Assembly (NCBI GenBank): GCA_948560265.1
Contig: CAOXTD010000001.1
Location: forward strand, 73,439-137,438
From: an uncultured Clostridia bacterium
GTDB lineage: Bacteria; Bacillota; Clostridia; TANB77; CAG-508
Length of the DNA stretch: 64,000 nt
Direction: 5' to 3'
In this document: piece by piece, positions 1 through 11,000 of the stretch
How the letters are laid out: each line of letters starts with the position of its first letter
How positions within the stretch are numbered: the stretch's first letter is position 1
Notes under the pieces: model-generated
Seen by the model: only the letters and a program-made list of their open reading frames with translations
Database searches by the model: none
What the model was told of the DNA's origin: nothing
Translations under genes and position numbers: made by a program

Positions 1-1727
1 GTAAATTAGCGTATTCTGATTTAATAGCAAAGGTTGAAGCAGGAGAAGTAAAAGAAATAACACTAGCTGCAAATGGCAAAAAAGCAGAAGTAAAATTGAA
101 AAATGAAAATTTCACAAAGGAAGTTAATATTCCTAGTGTAGATAATTTAATGGAAACATTAACAGATAATATGAAAGCGGGAAGTGTTACAGTAAATGAA
201 AAATCAGAATCTATCTGGATGGTATTTTTAAGTTTACTAACACCATTTGGATTACTAATCATATTCTTTATTTTCTGGTTCCTATTAATGGGAGGAGCAC
301 AAGGAGGCAATGGTGGAAATGGCAAGACTATGTCGTTTGGCAAAAGCCGTGCTAGAATGATAAATCCAGCAGATAAGAATAGAATTACTTTTGATAATGT
401 AGCTGGTGTAGATGAAGAAAAAGAAGAATTAGAAGAAATAGTAGAGTTTTTAAAGAATCCAAGAAAATTTACTGAGATGGGTGCAAGAATTCCGAAGGGA
501 GTATTATTAGTAGGTCACCCAGGAACTGGTAAAACATTATTAGCAAAGGCAGTTGCAGGTGAAGCGGGAGTACCTTTCTTCTTTATCAGTGGTTCAGACT
601 TTGTGGAGATGTTTGTTGGTGTTGGTGCATCACGTGTAAGAGATTTATTTGAAGAAGCTAAGAAAAAAGCTCCTTGTATTATATTTATTGACGAAATTGA
701 TGCTGTAGGACGCCAAAGAGGTGCAGGACTTGGTGGAGGACATGACGAAAGAGAGCAAACATTAAACCAATTATTAGTAGAAATGGATGGTTTCTCAGCT
801 AATGAAGGTGTTATCGTTTTAGCAGCAACTAACAGACCAGATGTATTAGATAAAGCATTACTTAGACCAGGTAGATTTGATAGACAAATTGTAGTATCAA
901 ATCCAGATGTAAAAGCGAGAGAACAAATCTTAGAAGTTCATAGTAGAAAGAAAAAATTAGCAGATGATGTAGACCTAAAAACAATCGCAAAAAACACTTC
1001 AGGTTTCTCAGGAGCAGACTTGGAAAATGTATTAAATGAAGCAGCACTACTTGCAGCAAGGAGGAATCTAGAACAGATTACCATGCAAGAAGTAGAAGAT
1101 GCTATGGTAAAAGTAACAATGGGACCTGAAAAGAGAACAAGAGTAAGAAGTGAGAAAGAACAAAAATTGGTTGCTTTCCATGAAGCTGGTCATGCAGTAG
1201 TAAGCAGATTTTTACCAACACAAGACCCAGTTCATCAAATTTCTATTATTCCAAGAGGTATGGCTGGTGGATATACTATGTATCGTCCAACAGAGGATAA
1301 GAATTTTATGTCTAGAACCGAAATGGTAGAAAATATTGTTTCACTTCTTGGTGGTAGAGTAGCAGAGAAATTAGTATTAGATGATATTTCAACAGGTGCA
1401 AGTAATGATATCGAAAGAGCAACACAAATTGCTAGAAGTATGGTTACGAAATATGGTATGAGTGAAAGAGTAGGAACGATTACACTAGGTTCTAATCAAG
1501 AAGAAGTATTTTTAGGAAGAGACTTAGCACAAGGTAGAGAATACTCAGAGGAAACAGCAGGTATTGTAGATGAAGAAGTAAAGAGTATTATCGATTTTGC
1601 TTATAGAAAAGCAGAAGAATTATTAAAGGCTCATATGGAGCAATTAACAAAAGTAGCTAATGTCTTATTAGAGAAAGAAAAGATTGACGGGGAAGAATTT
1701 GACGAGATTTTTGGAGAAGAACAATAA
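1..1727 (+). CDS. ftsH: ATP-dependent zinc metalloprotease FtsH (5' end outside window)
   Basis: The reading frame is open from the window edge (codons phased from nt 3) into the listed ORF 96..1727. It has a TM segment, Walker [14 protein letters not shown], Walker [10 protein letters not shown] and zinc site HEAGHA. Confidence 0.95.
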   Translation, partial: KLAYSDLIAKVEAGEVKEITLAANGKKAEVKLKNENFTKEVNIPSVDNLMETLTDNMKAGSVTVNEKSESIWMVFLSLLTPFGLLIIFFIFWFLLMGGAQGGNGGNGKTMSFGKSRARMINPADKNRITFDNVAGVDEEKEELEEIVEFLKNPRKFTEMGARIPKGVLLVGHPGTGKTLLAKAVAGEAGVPFFFISGSDFVEMFVGVGASRVRDLFEEAKKKAPCIIFIDEIDAVGRQRGAGLGGGHDEREQTLNQLLVEMDGFSANEGVIVLAATNRPDVLDKALLRPGRFDRQIVVSNPDVKAREQILEVHSRKKKLADDVDLKTIAKNTSGFSGADLENVLNEAALLAARRNLEQITMQEVEDAMVKVTMGPEKRTRVRSEKEQKLVAFHEAGHAVVSRFLPTQDPVHQISIIPRGMAGGYTMYRPTEDKNFMSRTEMVENIVSLLGGRVAEKLVLDDISTGASNDIERATQIARSMVTKYGMSERVGTITLGSNQEEVFLGRDLAQGREYSEETAGIVDEEVKSIIDFAYRKAEELLKAHMEQLTKVANVLLEKEKIDGEEFDEIFGEEQ

Positions 1728-1737
1728 GGAGTAAGAA

Positions 1738-1989
1738 ATGGAATACAGATTTACACCACAAGGAGTATGTTCAACACAAATTATTGTAGAAGTAGAAGAA
1801 GGAATTATTAAAAAATTGACAGTAGAAAATGGATGTCATGGAAATTTACAAGGAATTTCTAAATTAGTAGAAGGAATGAAAGTAGAAGATGTTATTAAGA
1901 AATTAGAAGGAATTGATTGCAGAGAAAGAGGAACTTCGTGCCCAGATCAGATTGCAAAAGCATTGAAAAAATTAGTTACTATAATTTAA
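1738..1989 (+). CDS. TSCPD-domain small protein (TIGR03905-like, Cys-rich)
   Basis: 83 aa with GVCS...NGCHGN...GTSCPDQ, the pattern typical of the small TSCPD family. It starts 8 nt after the ftsH stop, and GGAG precedes the ATG. Confidence 0.7.
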   Translation: MEYRFTPQGVCSTQIIVEVEEGIIKKLTVENGCHGNLQGISKLVEGMKVEDVIKKLEGIDCRERGTSCPDQIAKALKKLVTII

Positions 1990-2001
1990 GAAAACTAAAT
2001 G

Positions 2002-2032
2002 AGGACATATATTAATTTTTAATATATGTCCT
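2002..2032. terminator. bidirectional intrinsic terminator between convergent genes
   Basis: 12-bp stem AGGACATATATT / AATATATGTCCT with a 7-nt loop, followed by a T-run. Confidence 0.75.
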
Positions 2033-2043
2033 TTATTTTATAA

Positions 2044-4254
2044 CTAATTTCCCATTGTTACTTTGATAATGGTTCCTTCTTCCACAGATGTTCCTTGAAT
2101 AGGGTCCTGACTGACTACAATGCCAGAGCCAGTAACACTTAAGTTCAAGTTACTTTTTTTCAATTCTTCTTTTACCTGAGAAAGGTTTTTATTAATTAAG
2201 TTTGGTACTTTTTTAGAGACACGTGTATTTTCAGTTTCTGTATATAGTTTTACAATTGAGTCTTTTGTTAGTTGAGAACCTTTTACAGGGAATTGGTCTG
2301 TTACTAATTCATCAGATTTACCAGAAGTGCTACAAGTAAATCCAGCTTTTTCTAATATCTTCTTTGCCTCTGCAACAGTTTTATTTGTTACATTTGGTAA
2401 AGTAGTAGTATTACTAGTAGTGTTATTAGTAGTATCTACAGGAACTTGCATGTATGGTAATATCTCCTTAAGCATTTGTTGAGACGCAATAGCTGCAATA
2501 GGTGTTCCTACTGAATTAGCATTTCCTTTTGTAGGATTATATAAAGTAACAAGCATTACTATTTCTGGATTTTCTAATGGAGAAACAGATACGAAGGAAA
2601 AAGTAAGTCCTTCATCTGGATTTCCTGGGTCAGGTTCTGAGGTACCAGTTTTACCGCCAATAGAGTATCCCTTAATTTGTGCATATCTACCAGTGCCGTT
2701 TGTTACAACTGTTTCCATCATTGATAGTACTTCTTCAGCAGTTTCTTTGGAAATAACTTGTCTTACTTGAACTGGAGAAATAGTAGTAACTGCTCCATTA
2801 TCTGTATTTTTCATTTCACTTACAATTCTGGGCTTCATAAGCATGCCATTATTTGCTATGCTAGATACTGCTGTAATCATTTGTAATGGTGTAATTTTAA
2901 ATCTCTGACCAAATGACATAGTAGCAAGCTCAATAGGACCCACATTATCTACATTCCAGAAAATAGGGGAACCATTTTCTTCAGCAGTTTCTATTCCTGT
3001 TTTTTGGAAGAATCCAAAAGCATCATAGTATTTATAGAATGTATTAGCTCCTACCTTTTGCCCTAATTGGATAAAAGAGGGGTTACAAGAATGTGCTAAA
3101 GCATCTCTTAAACTTTGATATCCATGTTTTGTACGGTGGGCACAGTTTATATTAATTCCAGCTACTGTTTGGTATCCTTTACAATAGTATACTTTAGATT
3201 TATCAGTACTTGCTTTGTCCTCTTCTAATGCAACAGCGGCAGATATAATTTTAAATACAGAACCAGGTTCATAAGTATCTGAAACAGCACGATTACGATA
3301 GATGGAATATAATGTTTTTGTTTGGTCCTCAGAAGACATTTTTTTCCATTCTTTTTCTTTCAGATAACTTGGCATTTCAAAAGGAGTGTTTAGGTTATAG
3401 TCAGGGTAGGTAGCCATTGCTAAAATATCACCAGTTTTAGGGTTCATAGCAATTACATTACCACCACGTTCACAACCGTTTTCAATACAGGCTTTTTTTA
3501 AGTATTTTTCTACAATAGCTTGAATATTAGCATCAATTGTTAAAGTAAGGTCATATCCGTTTTCAGCAGGAATATAAGTTTGATTTTCATCTGGTATAAA
3601 GTCTTGGAAAGCATCTTGGGAAGTAACTACTTTACCAGGAGTACCAGTTAAAATATTATCCCAATAAAGTTCTAATCCATATAAACCTTGATTATCATTT
3701 CCGCAAAAACCAATCAAAGAAGAAGCTAAATTTTCATAAGGATATGATCTTTTGGTATCTTCTTCAATATTAATTCCACTAGAACATTTTTCTTCTTTCA
3801 TCCAAGCTTTTAAGGTATCTACTTTATCTTTCTCCACTTTTCTTACAATGGTTTCATAAGAGTTTTCACTAGATACTTTTTTAAAAGTTGCCTCATAATC
3901 TATTTCAAAAATATCTGAAAAAGCTTTTGCAACTTTTTCTTTTAAAGCCTTAGTAGCACCTTCATCTAATTTGCCACCATTTAAGACAACAATACTTTTG
4001 GGATTAATTGTGATAGTATCTACTGGTGCGCTAACAGCAAGTGTTTTTCCATTAGTGTCGTAAATGGTACCTCTGTGTGGATTAACTAACCTACTAGTAA
4101 TAAGTTGATTATACATTTGCTCCTTTAAATCAGCGCCTTGTACAAATTGAAGAAAACCAAGACGAATGATTAACAAAATTAATAAAGCAAAGAATACTAG
4201 CATAATTACTGTTAATTTTTTAGAAGTAGTATATAATTTTTTTACTCTGCTCAT
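2044..4254 (-). CDS. class B penicillin-binding protein with C-terminal PASTA domains (SpoVD/FtsI-like)
   Basis: N-terminal TM anchor. Transpeptidase motifs are SVFK (SxxK), SCN (SxN) and KTGT. Two PASTA-like repeats lie at the C-terminus. Confidence 0.9.
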   Translation of the reverse strand: MSRVKKLYTTSKKLTVIMLVFFALLILLIIRLGFLQFVQGADLKEQMYNQLITSRLVNPHRGTIYDTNGKTLAVSAPVDTITINPKSIVVLNGGKLDEGATKALKEKVAKAFSDIFEIDYEATFKKVSSENSYETIVRKVEKDKVDTLKAWMKEEKCSSGINIEEDTKRSYPYENLASSLIGFCGNDNQGLYGLELYWDNILTGTPGKVVTSQDAFQDFIPDENQTYIPAENGYDLTLTIDANIQAIVEKYLKKACIENGCERGGNVIAMNPKTGDILAMATYPDYNLNTPFEMPSYLKEKEWKKMSSEDQTKTLYSIYRNRAVSDTYEPGSVFKIISAAVALEEDKASTDKSKVYYCKGYQTVAGININCAHRTKHGYQSLRDALAHSCNPSFIQLGQKVGANTFYKYYDAFGFFQKTGIETAEENGSPIFWNVDNVGPIELATMSFGQRFKITPLQMITAVSSIANNGMLMKPRIVSEMKNTDNGAVTTISPVQVRQVISKETAEEVLSMMETVVTNGTGRYAQIKGYSIGGKTGTSEPDPGNPDEGLTFSFVSVSPLENPEIVMLVTLYNPTKGNANSVGTPIAAIASQQMLKEILPYMQVPVDTTNNTTSNTTTLPNVTNKTVAEAKKILEKAGFTCSTSGKSDELVTDQFPVKGSQLTKDSIVKLYTETENTRVSKKVPNLINKNLSQVKEELKKSNLNLSVTGSGIVVSQDPIQGTSVEEGTIIKVTMGN

Positions 4255-4302
4255 TGTACCTCCTTACATCATAAGCAAAGTTGCTTATGGTAAATCTTTT
4301 GT

Positions 4303-5242
4303 TTAAACTCTCAATTTTTTGATAATTTTAATTTCATCATATAATTGCTTAATGACATTTTGCCTAATTACTAAGGCATTTTTATATTCTTCTAAAATTT
4401 GTGTATAGTTTTCGATTGTTTCTCCATCTTGCAATAACAAATGGATACCTTCTAGATAATATTCTTTTGTGTTTTCCTTATTAGAAGCCTCTGCTTTTTT
4501 TTGATAACTTTGCATTAATTCTAAACGTTTGACTTGTTGTTTTAAATATTCTACATAGTCCATAACGCCACTAATTTCATATAGGGTGTCATCAATAACA
4601 ACTTTAAAAAGTTTTTTCAAAATTAGTCCATTAATTTTGCCATCTTTTTCTTTTGATGCTAATTGATCCAAAGCCACGAATTTAGGATCTGGCTGGGCAT
4701 CTTTGATTAATTCTTTTAATGTTTCAGAGATATTGACGTGTGTTTTATATTGTCTCTTTGTAATTAAAGCATCATATTCATCTGCAACGCGCACAATTTG
4801 AGCTTCATAAGGAATATCTTTTTTCTTAATCCCGCTTGGATATCCGAGAACCATCTAATGCTTCGTGATGATCTAAAGCAGCTAGAGCATAAGGACGCAA
4901 TTTTGGTTCTTGCATGCATATTTTATAACCTAAAGTAGTATGGGTTTTCATAATTTCATACTCCTCTTCAGTTAATTTATCAGGTTTATTTAAAATTTTA
5001 GTAGGAATTTGCATTTTTCCAACATCATGCAAATAGCCACAAATAGTACAGTGTATAGTAAAAGATTTTTTGCAATGTAAATATTCGCAAATTCTACAAC
5101 ATAGATTTGCTACATTTTCACTATGCTTTCTAGTAAAAAGATCAAGTCTTTCTAAAATGTCAAGTTGATAGCGGACAGTTTGCTCTAAATTGTAGGTTTT
5201 TAAATCTATAGGACTATAAAAGTCAATTTTTTCATTTTTCAT
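4303..5242 (-). pseudogene. HD-GYP domain protein interrupted by a single extra nucleotide (pseudogene or recoded gene)
   Basis: ORFs 4826..5242 and 4303..4854 overlap and are two halves of one HD-GYP protein: HDVGK...HHEALDGS | GYPSGIKKKDIPYEAQIVRVADEYDAL. The halves join if the C of the sense codon CGG (complement of 4844..4846) is skipped. Confidence 0.85.
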
Positions 5243-5370
5243 ATTTTCACCTTATCTTCTTTTGTTATTTCTTAATGTAATCATACTATAAAAGAGAAAA
5301 ATTGGCAAGTGGAAAATAAGGCGGTTCTAATTTTGAAAGAAATTTGAAATCAAAGTGCTCAATTTTTTAC

Positions 5371-5399
5371 TTGCAACATGAAATAAATTGATATATAAT
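5371..5399 (+). promoter_or_regulatory. sigma-A-type promoter upstream of the XRE regulator
   Basis: TTGCAA, 17-nt spacer, TATAAT. Confidence 0.55.
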
Positions 5400-5513
5400 A
5401 CCCATATACTTCCTTTTATTTGAAGTGTCATTTTGATATCATATTTCCATTAAAGACAAGAGCGAATGGCAATAGAAGCAATTTTTGAACGTTGAAAGAG
5501 GGAATATTATAAA

Positions 5514-5849
5514 ATGAGAAAGCAAAAGGAAATTATGATAGGCGATAAGCTAAAAGCACTTAGGAAAAGCTATGGATATACACAAGAAAAACTATCGGAA
5601 TCAATTGAATGTTCAACAAGATATATTGGCAATATTGAGCAAAACAAGTCAAAACCATCTTATGAAATATTAGTGAAAATTTGTAACTTATTTCATGTGG
5701 GGACAGATACGATATTTAGTGAATACTTAGAAAAAGCAAGTAAAAAGAATCAGGATTTGGGACTTGCGGGTTTTGAAAAATTGAAACCAGAAAATCAAGA
5801 AATGATTTTACATTTAATTGAATATTTTAATAGGAACAATGAAGAGTAA
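5514..5849 (+). CDS. XRE-family helix-turn-helix transcriptional regulator
   Basis: The N-terminal segment LKALRKSYGYTQEKLSESIECSTRYIGNIEQNKSKPS matches the HTH_3 pattern. GAGGGA lies upstream of the ATG. Confidence 0.85.
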   Translation: MRKQKEIMIGDKLKALRKSYGYTQEKLSESIECSTRYIGNIEQNKSKPSYEILVKICNLFHVGTDTIFSEYLEKASKKNQDLGLAGFEKLKPENQEMILHLIEYFNRNNEE

Positions 5850-6054
5850 TTTAAATGAACTAAAAAAGGAAGAAATAGAAAGGTAGGGTGCCATTTTGTG
5901 ACATCATATTTTTCTATTTTTGTCTATTCTAGGAAGAAAGATATCCAAAGGTTCTTTTAGTAAATAAAAGGAAGTCTAGCATAAAAAGCAGAAAAGGGGG
6001 AACAGTAGTAATAAGGAGAGGAGGAAGCCTTTCTAGTAAAAGGCAAGTACAAAT

Positions 6055-6195
6055 ATGAAAGATAGGAAAAAGGAAATCAATGAACTACTAAAAAAACTAG
6101 ACGAAATGCTAAAAGAAAATAAGCCAAAAGAAGAGACAGAGAGTGTGATTAACGAACTAGAAAAACTATTAAAAGAATATCTAGAAGAAGAATAA
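6055..6195 (+). CDS. possible 46-aa charged helical small protein
   Basis: ORF below the track cutoff: MKDRKKEINELLKKLDEMLKENKPKEETESVINELEKLLKEYLEEE. The nearest SD-like GGAGAGGAGG is about 27 nt upstream, which is poor spacing. Confidence 0.3.
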   Translation: MKDRKKEINELLKKLDEMLKENKPKEETESVINELEKLLKEYLEEE

Positions 6196-6267
6196 AATGA
6201 CTTGAAAATAGTAAATAAATTAAATATAATGGGAGCATAATAAGAACTAAAAAATGGAGTGAAGAAA

Positions 6268-7560
6268 ATGCAAGATTTATTAATCAAAGGTGGAAGAGTA
6301 TTACTATTTGAAGATAATGATGTAGTGATAGAAGAAAAGGATATACTAATAAAAGATGGTAAGATTGTTCAAATAAAAGAGAAAATAGAAGAAGATAATA
6401 TAAAAGTAATAGAGGCAGTAAATAATATTGTTATGCCAGGTCTTATTAATACACACGCTCATATTCCAATGAGCATTTTTAGAGAAACAACAGAAGGTTG
6501 TAAATTATACGAATGGTTGAATGAAAAGATTTGGCCAAGGGAAGAAAAACTGACGAAGGAAGATGTTTATTGGGCAAGTATGTTGTCCTATTATGAAATG
6601 ATTTCAACTGGGACAACAACTATTAATGATCAATATTTTATGTCAGAGGAAATTAGAAAAGCAGCTGAAGATTGCAAGATAAGAGCAGTTATCACTAGAA
6701 CAATTATGGATACAGATGGCAGTTTTGAACAGAGGATACAAGAGTTTAAAGATTTTTATGAGTCTAGAGACAAAACGAATAACTTAATTACCTATTCTGT
6801 TGCACCACATAGCTTATACACTTGCTCAGATGAATGCTTACAAGCTGCGGCAGATTTAGCAAAAGAATATCATTTGCCAATTCATGTACATTTTTTAGAG
6901 AGCATTGATGAAATTCAAGATATTCAAAAACAACATGGAAAGAAAGGGGTAGAAGTATTAAAGCAATACTTTAATGGCATTCATACCATTTTAGCACATG
7001 GTGTGCATTTAGATGATGAAGATATTAAGATATTAAAAACTATGGACTGTGGAATTGCCCATAATCCAATTTCAAATTTAAGATTAGGTTGCACAATTGC
7101 TGATACTACCAAATATTTGCAAGAGGGAATTAATGTAGCTATAGGAACAGATGGACAAGGTTCGGGAAGTAATTTGGATATGTTTGAAGCCATGAGAGTA
7201 GCTTGCTTAATTCAAGGTGGTATTCACGAAAATGAAGAGAGAATTACTGCTAAAGATGTACTCCATATGGCAACTATCAATGGAGCCAAATTATTAGGAT
7301 TAGAGGACAAAGTAGGTAGCATAGAAGTAGGAAAAGATGCAGATTTAATTTTAGTAAATGTAGAAGAAAATTTGGATAATATTACTATGTTGCCAAATCT
7401 TAATGAAATAGCCAACTTAGTGTACAATACCAGTGGTAGAAATGTACAGACAATGATTGTAAAAGGTGAGGTACTAATGGAAAATAGGCAGATGAAAATC
7501 GGAAATGTGCAAGAAGTAATAGATCATTGCAATGAAATTGTGAAGAGAATTGCACAATAA
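6268..7560 (+). CDS. mtaD: amidohydrolase, MtaD-like (5-methylthioadenosine/S-adenosylhomocysteine deaminase family)
   Basis: Metal-binding NTHAHIPMS, plus internal HVHF...AHG and GTDG motifs typical of the family. ATG 6268 has GGAG 8 nt upstream and is preferred over GTG 6259. Confidence 0.8.
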   Translation: MQDLLIKGGRVLLFEDNDVVIEEKDILIKDGKIVQIKEKIEEDNIKVIEAVNNIVMPGLINTHAHIPMSIFRETTEGCKLYEWLNEKIWPREEKLTKEDVYWASMLSYYEMISTGTTTINDQYFMSEEIRKAAEDCKIRAVITRTIMDTDGSFEQRIQEFKDFYESRDKTNNLITYSVAPHSLYTCSDECLQAAADLAKEYHLPIHVHFLESIDEIQDIQKQHGKKGVEVLKQYFNGIHTILAHGVHLDDEDIKILKTMDCGIAHNPISNLRLGCTIADTTKYLQEGINVAIGTDGQGSGSNLDMFEAMRVACLIQGGIHENEERITAKDVLHMATINGAKLLGLEDKVGSIEVGKDADLILVNVEENLDNITMLPNLNEIANLVYNTSGRNVQTMIVKGEVLMENRQMKIGNVQEVIDHCNEIVKRIAQ

Positions 7561-7570
7561 AATTTAACTA

Positions 7571-7599
7571 TTGACAAAAAGCAAATTAATAAGTATAAT
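7571..7599 (+). promoter_or_regulatory. consensus sigma-A promoter for a small non-coding transcript
   Basis: Perfect TTGACA, 17-nt spacer, TATAAT. Confidence 0.7.
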
Positions 7600-7605
7600 A
7601 AATAT

Positions 7606-7692
7606 AGAAATAGGAAGCCACAAAAGTGGTCGCCTGTTAAAATGGTATTAATACACACTCTAACCGGGAAGCAGAGTGTGTATTTGTTTTTA
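7606..7692 (+). ncRNA. candidate antisense small RNA (type I antitoxin-like)
   Basis: An approximately 85-nt unit runs from the consensus promoter to the intrinsic terminator. It has no ORF and a 5' hairpin GCCAC-AAAA-GTGG. It converges on the 3' end of the small hydrophobic ORF on the other strand. Confidence 0.5.
7652..7692. terminator. bidirectional intrinsic terminator shared by convergent small RNA and small ORF
   Basis: 10-bp stem TACACACTCT / AGAGTGTGTA with an 11-nt loop, followed by TTTGTTTTT. Confidence 0.75.
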
Positions 7693-7800
7693 TTTGCTTA
7701 ATATATGTACAAGTACAATAATTAAGGCAATTGTAATGATAGTTACTGACACAAGGCCAGCAAAAAGTAAAATAACTAATTGTAATAAAATATCTACCAT
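7690..7800 (-). CDS. 36-aa hydrophobic peptide, type I toxin-like
   Basis: Below the track cutoff: MVDILLQLVILLFAGLVSVTIITIALIIVLVHILSK. A strong SD (AGGAGGTGA) lies 8 nt upstream and can be locked in a 9-bp hairpin, UCGCCUCCU-AAA-AGGAGGUGA. Confidence 0.55.
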   Translation of the reverse strand: MVDILLQLVILLFAGLVSVTIITIALIIVLVHILSK

Positions 7801-7856
7801 ACACATCACCTCCTTTTAGGAGGCGACACACTCTTGCATTTCCTATTCCATATAAT

Positions 7857-7885
7857 ATTATACAAATAAGTAAAAAGTAAGTCAA
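7857..7885 (-). promoter_or_regulatory. sigma-A-type promoter for the small hydrophobic ORF
   Basis: On the minus strand: TTGACT, 17-nt spacer, TATAAT, about 50 nt upstream of the ATG. Confidence 0.65.
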
Positions 7886-8026
7886 TAATCAAACTAAAGA
7901 TAAAACAAATTTTTTGTCTATAAGAAATAAAATCACTTGCAAAATTCATACAAATCCAGTATAATAAAGTCGAAATATGGAACTTTTCTCTGTTTAAGGA
8001 GAAATTCCTACTATATAGAAAAATAG

Positions 8027-11000
8027 GTGAAAAAGTTGTATTTAAAAAGAATGGAATTGCAAGGTTTTAAATCCTTTGCAGATAAAACAGTATTAGAATT
8101 TAAACCAGGTATCACTTCTGTAATTGGTCCCAATGGCTCGGGGAAAAGTAACATTTCAGATGCAATTCGTTGGGTACTTGGTGAGCAAAGTATGAAATCC
8201 TTAAGAGGTGCAAAATCTGAGGATATTATTTTTGCGGGAACACAAGCTAGAAAATCACTAGGTTTCGCAGAAGTTTCTATTGTCATTGATAACTCAGATA
8301 GCAAACTACCAGTAGAATATACAGAAGTAACCGTGACCAGAAAAATTTATCGTAGCGGAGAAACAGGGTATTTTATTAACAAAACACCTTGCCGTTTGAA
8401 AGACATTTTGGAATTGTTCATGGATACTGGAATTGGAAAAGATGGATATAGTATCATTGGACAAGGTAAAATTGATGAGATTTTAAGTAATAAATCAGAA
8501 GATAGAAGACATATTTTTGAAGAAGCAGCAGGAATTGTAAAATATAGAACAAGAAAAGCAGAGTCTGAAAAGAAGTTAGAACAAACAAAATTAAACTTAC
8601 TTCGTATTAATGACATTTTATCAGAAGTAGAAGCGACTATTGAACCACTTAAAATGCAAGCTGATAAAGCAAAGCAATTTTTGGATTTAAGAGAAGAACT
8701 AAAGTCTATTGAAGTAGGCCTTTTTGTATATAATATTGCTACTTACAAAGAAAAGCTAGAACAAATTGTAAAAGACTATGACATTTTAGTTTCTCAAAAA
8801 GAGCTAGAAGATACCAAGATGGAAACTTTGCAAGCAAGTAAAGAGGAATTAAGACAAGCTATTGATGATATCACTAGACAAATTGAAGAAATGCAAAATT
8901 TAGGATTTGAAAGTAGTAATAAAATTGAAAAAATCAATTCAGAAATAGGAATTCACAAAGAGAGAATTCAAAATAATAGCAATAATCAAGAAAGATTAGT
9001 TGAGGAAATAGAAGAAGTAAAAGCAAGAATTTCAGAATTGCAAGAAGAACAAAAGCAAAAATTAGAAAAGAAAACAAGTTTAGGTTCTAATAAGGAAAAG
9101 TTTGAAAAAGAATTAGCCGAAAAAGAAGCAGAGCTACTAGAGCTAACGAAGAAGTTATCAGATAAAGAGCTAGAAATCGAAGGAAAGAAACAAGCAGTTG
9201 AGCAATACACAGATAAAAAATATGAGTTGGCAAGTGAAGTAAATACTTTAGAGGTTAATTTTGAAAACTTAGAAAAACGTAAAAAACAAGTGCAAAATGA
9301 GATTAGTGCTACGATTTCAGAATTGGATAGCACAAGAATGGAAAAGCAAGAACTTTCCAAAGGATTTTATGAAATTGAGTCTAAAAGAAATGTAGCAGCG
9401 GCCAATTTAGAGAAAAAGCAAACAGTTAAAAATGAGAGTATGCAAAAGGTAAAGCAGTTTGAAGAAGAAGTTAGCAAGCTAGAATACAACCAGAGAATGA
9501 AACAAGCTAGACATCAATTTTTAGTGGAAACAGAAAAGGAAAAAGAGGGATACAACAGAACTGTCAAATCTCTATTATTCCATTGTGAAAAAGATAGTAG
9601 CTTAAACAAAGGAGTTCATGGAGTTTTAGCTAATTTAGTATCCGTGGACAAAGAATATGAAATGGCAATTGAGATGTGCTTAGGACAAGCTTTGCAAAAT
9701 GTGGTTACAGAAACAGAGCAAGATGCTAAAAAGTTAATTGAGCATTTAAGAAAAAATAGCTTAGGTAGGGCGTCATTTTTACCGATTTCGTCTGTACAAG
9801 GTAGAAAACTGGACAAGTTGACTAGAATGGAAGGTGTCATTGGCATTGCTTCTGATTTAGTAAAATGTAATAAAAAGTATGAACAAATTGTATTAAATTT
9901 GTTAGGAAGAACAGTAGTTGTAAAAGACATGGACACAGCGATTAACCTAGCAAAAAAAGATAAATATTCTTTTAGAATTGTGACCTTGCAAGGAGATATT
10001 ATCAGTTCTACTGGTTCTATTTCAGGTGGTAGTGTTCAGACAAAAAGTGTCAACATTTTAGGTAGAAGTAGAGAAATTGAAGAACTTGAAAAAGAATTAA
10101 AGAAAATAGAAAAACAAATTGAGGATAAGAAAAAAGAACAAGAGGATTATGCGGCTTCTATTGGTGATTTAATTGAGGAAACAGCTAAACTAGAAAGAGA
10201 ATTACAAGAAATTGAAATTGTTTATGCTACCGAAAAGCAGAAGATGGTTGCTATCGAGGAAAATATCAGCCGTTTAGAAGAAAGACGTGATAAATTAAAA
10301 CAAGAGGAAGTGACCATAGAAGAACAGAAGGCAGAAAATAGGAAACAAAAAGAAGCAAAAGAGCAAGAAAGTGTTTCTATTGTCAAAGAAATGGAAGAGC
10401 TAAATACGGTTATTGAGCAATTTGCGGTAAATAATAAAGATAATCAGAAATATATTGATGATTTGAATTTAGATATTACGAACTTGAAGATTTCTGTTAG
10501 TTCTTTTGATGAAAGTGAAAACTCTATTGATGAGATGGTTGCTAGAATTGAGCAAGATATTGAAAATCAGAAAAAGAGTATGGAGTCTAAGCAAGCTACC
10601 ATAGAAGAAAACAAAAAGGATAATCAAGAACTAGAAGTAGCTATTCAGAACTTAGAAGCACAAATTGAGCAAATTAAGTTAGAGGTTAGCAATAGTTCCA
10701 ACAAAGTAGAGGAGTTAAAACAAGAAAGAACTCAAAAAAATGAAAAGATGACACAAACAGAAACTGAAATTACAAGTCAGTTTGGCGTGTTAGAAGGCTT
10801 GAAAGAACAAATTGTGAAACTTGAAGTAAAAAAGACAAAAGTAGAACAAGATTTGCAGCAAGTGACAGAACAATTATGGGAAGAGTATGAATTAACACCT
10901 AACAATACGGAGGAATATCCAAAGCCAAGTAATGTGGCAACAGCACAAAAGCAAGTGAATAGTTTAAGAAGCAAAATGAAAGATTTAGGCAGCATTAATA

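Noticed and set aside
6033-6287. Listed 84-aa minus-strand ORF
   Set aside because: It is a low-complexity Ser/Phe-rich translation antisense to a purine-rich stretch, and it overlaps the start of the amidohydrolase gene. It has no RBS.
7637-7885. Listed 82-aa minus-strand ORF spanning the amidohydrolase/smc intergenic region
   Set aside because: It runs through two consensus promoters and a terminator hairpin and has no RBS. The 36-codon ORF in another frame (7690..7800), with a strong SD, explains the region better.
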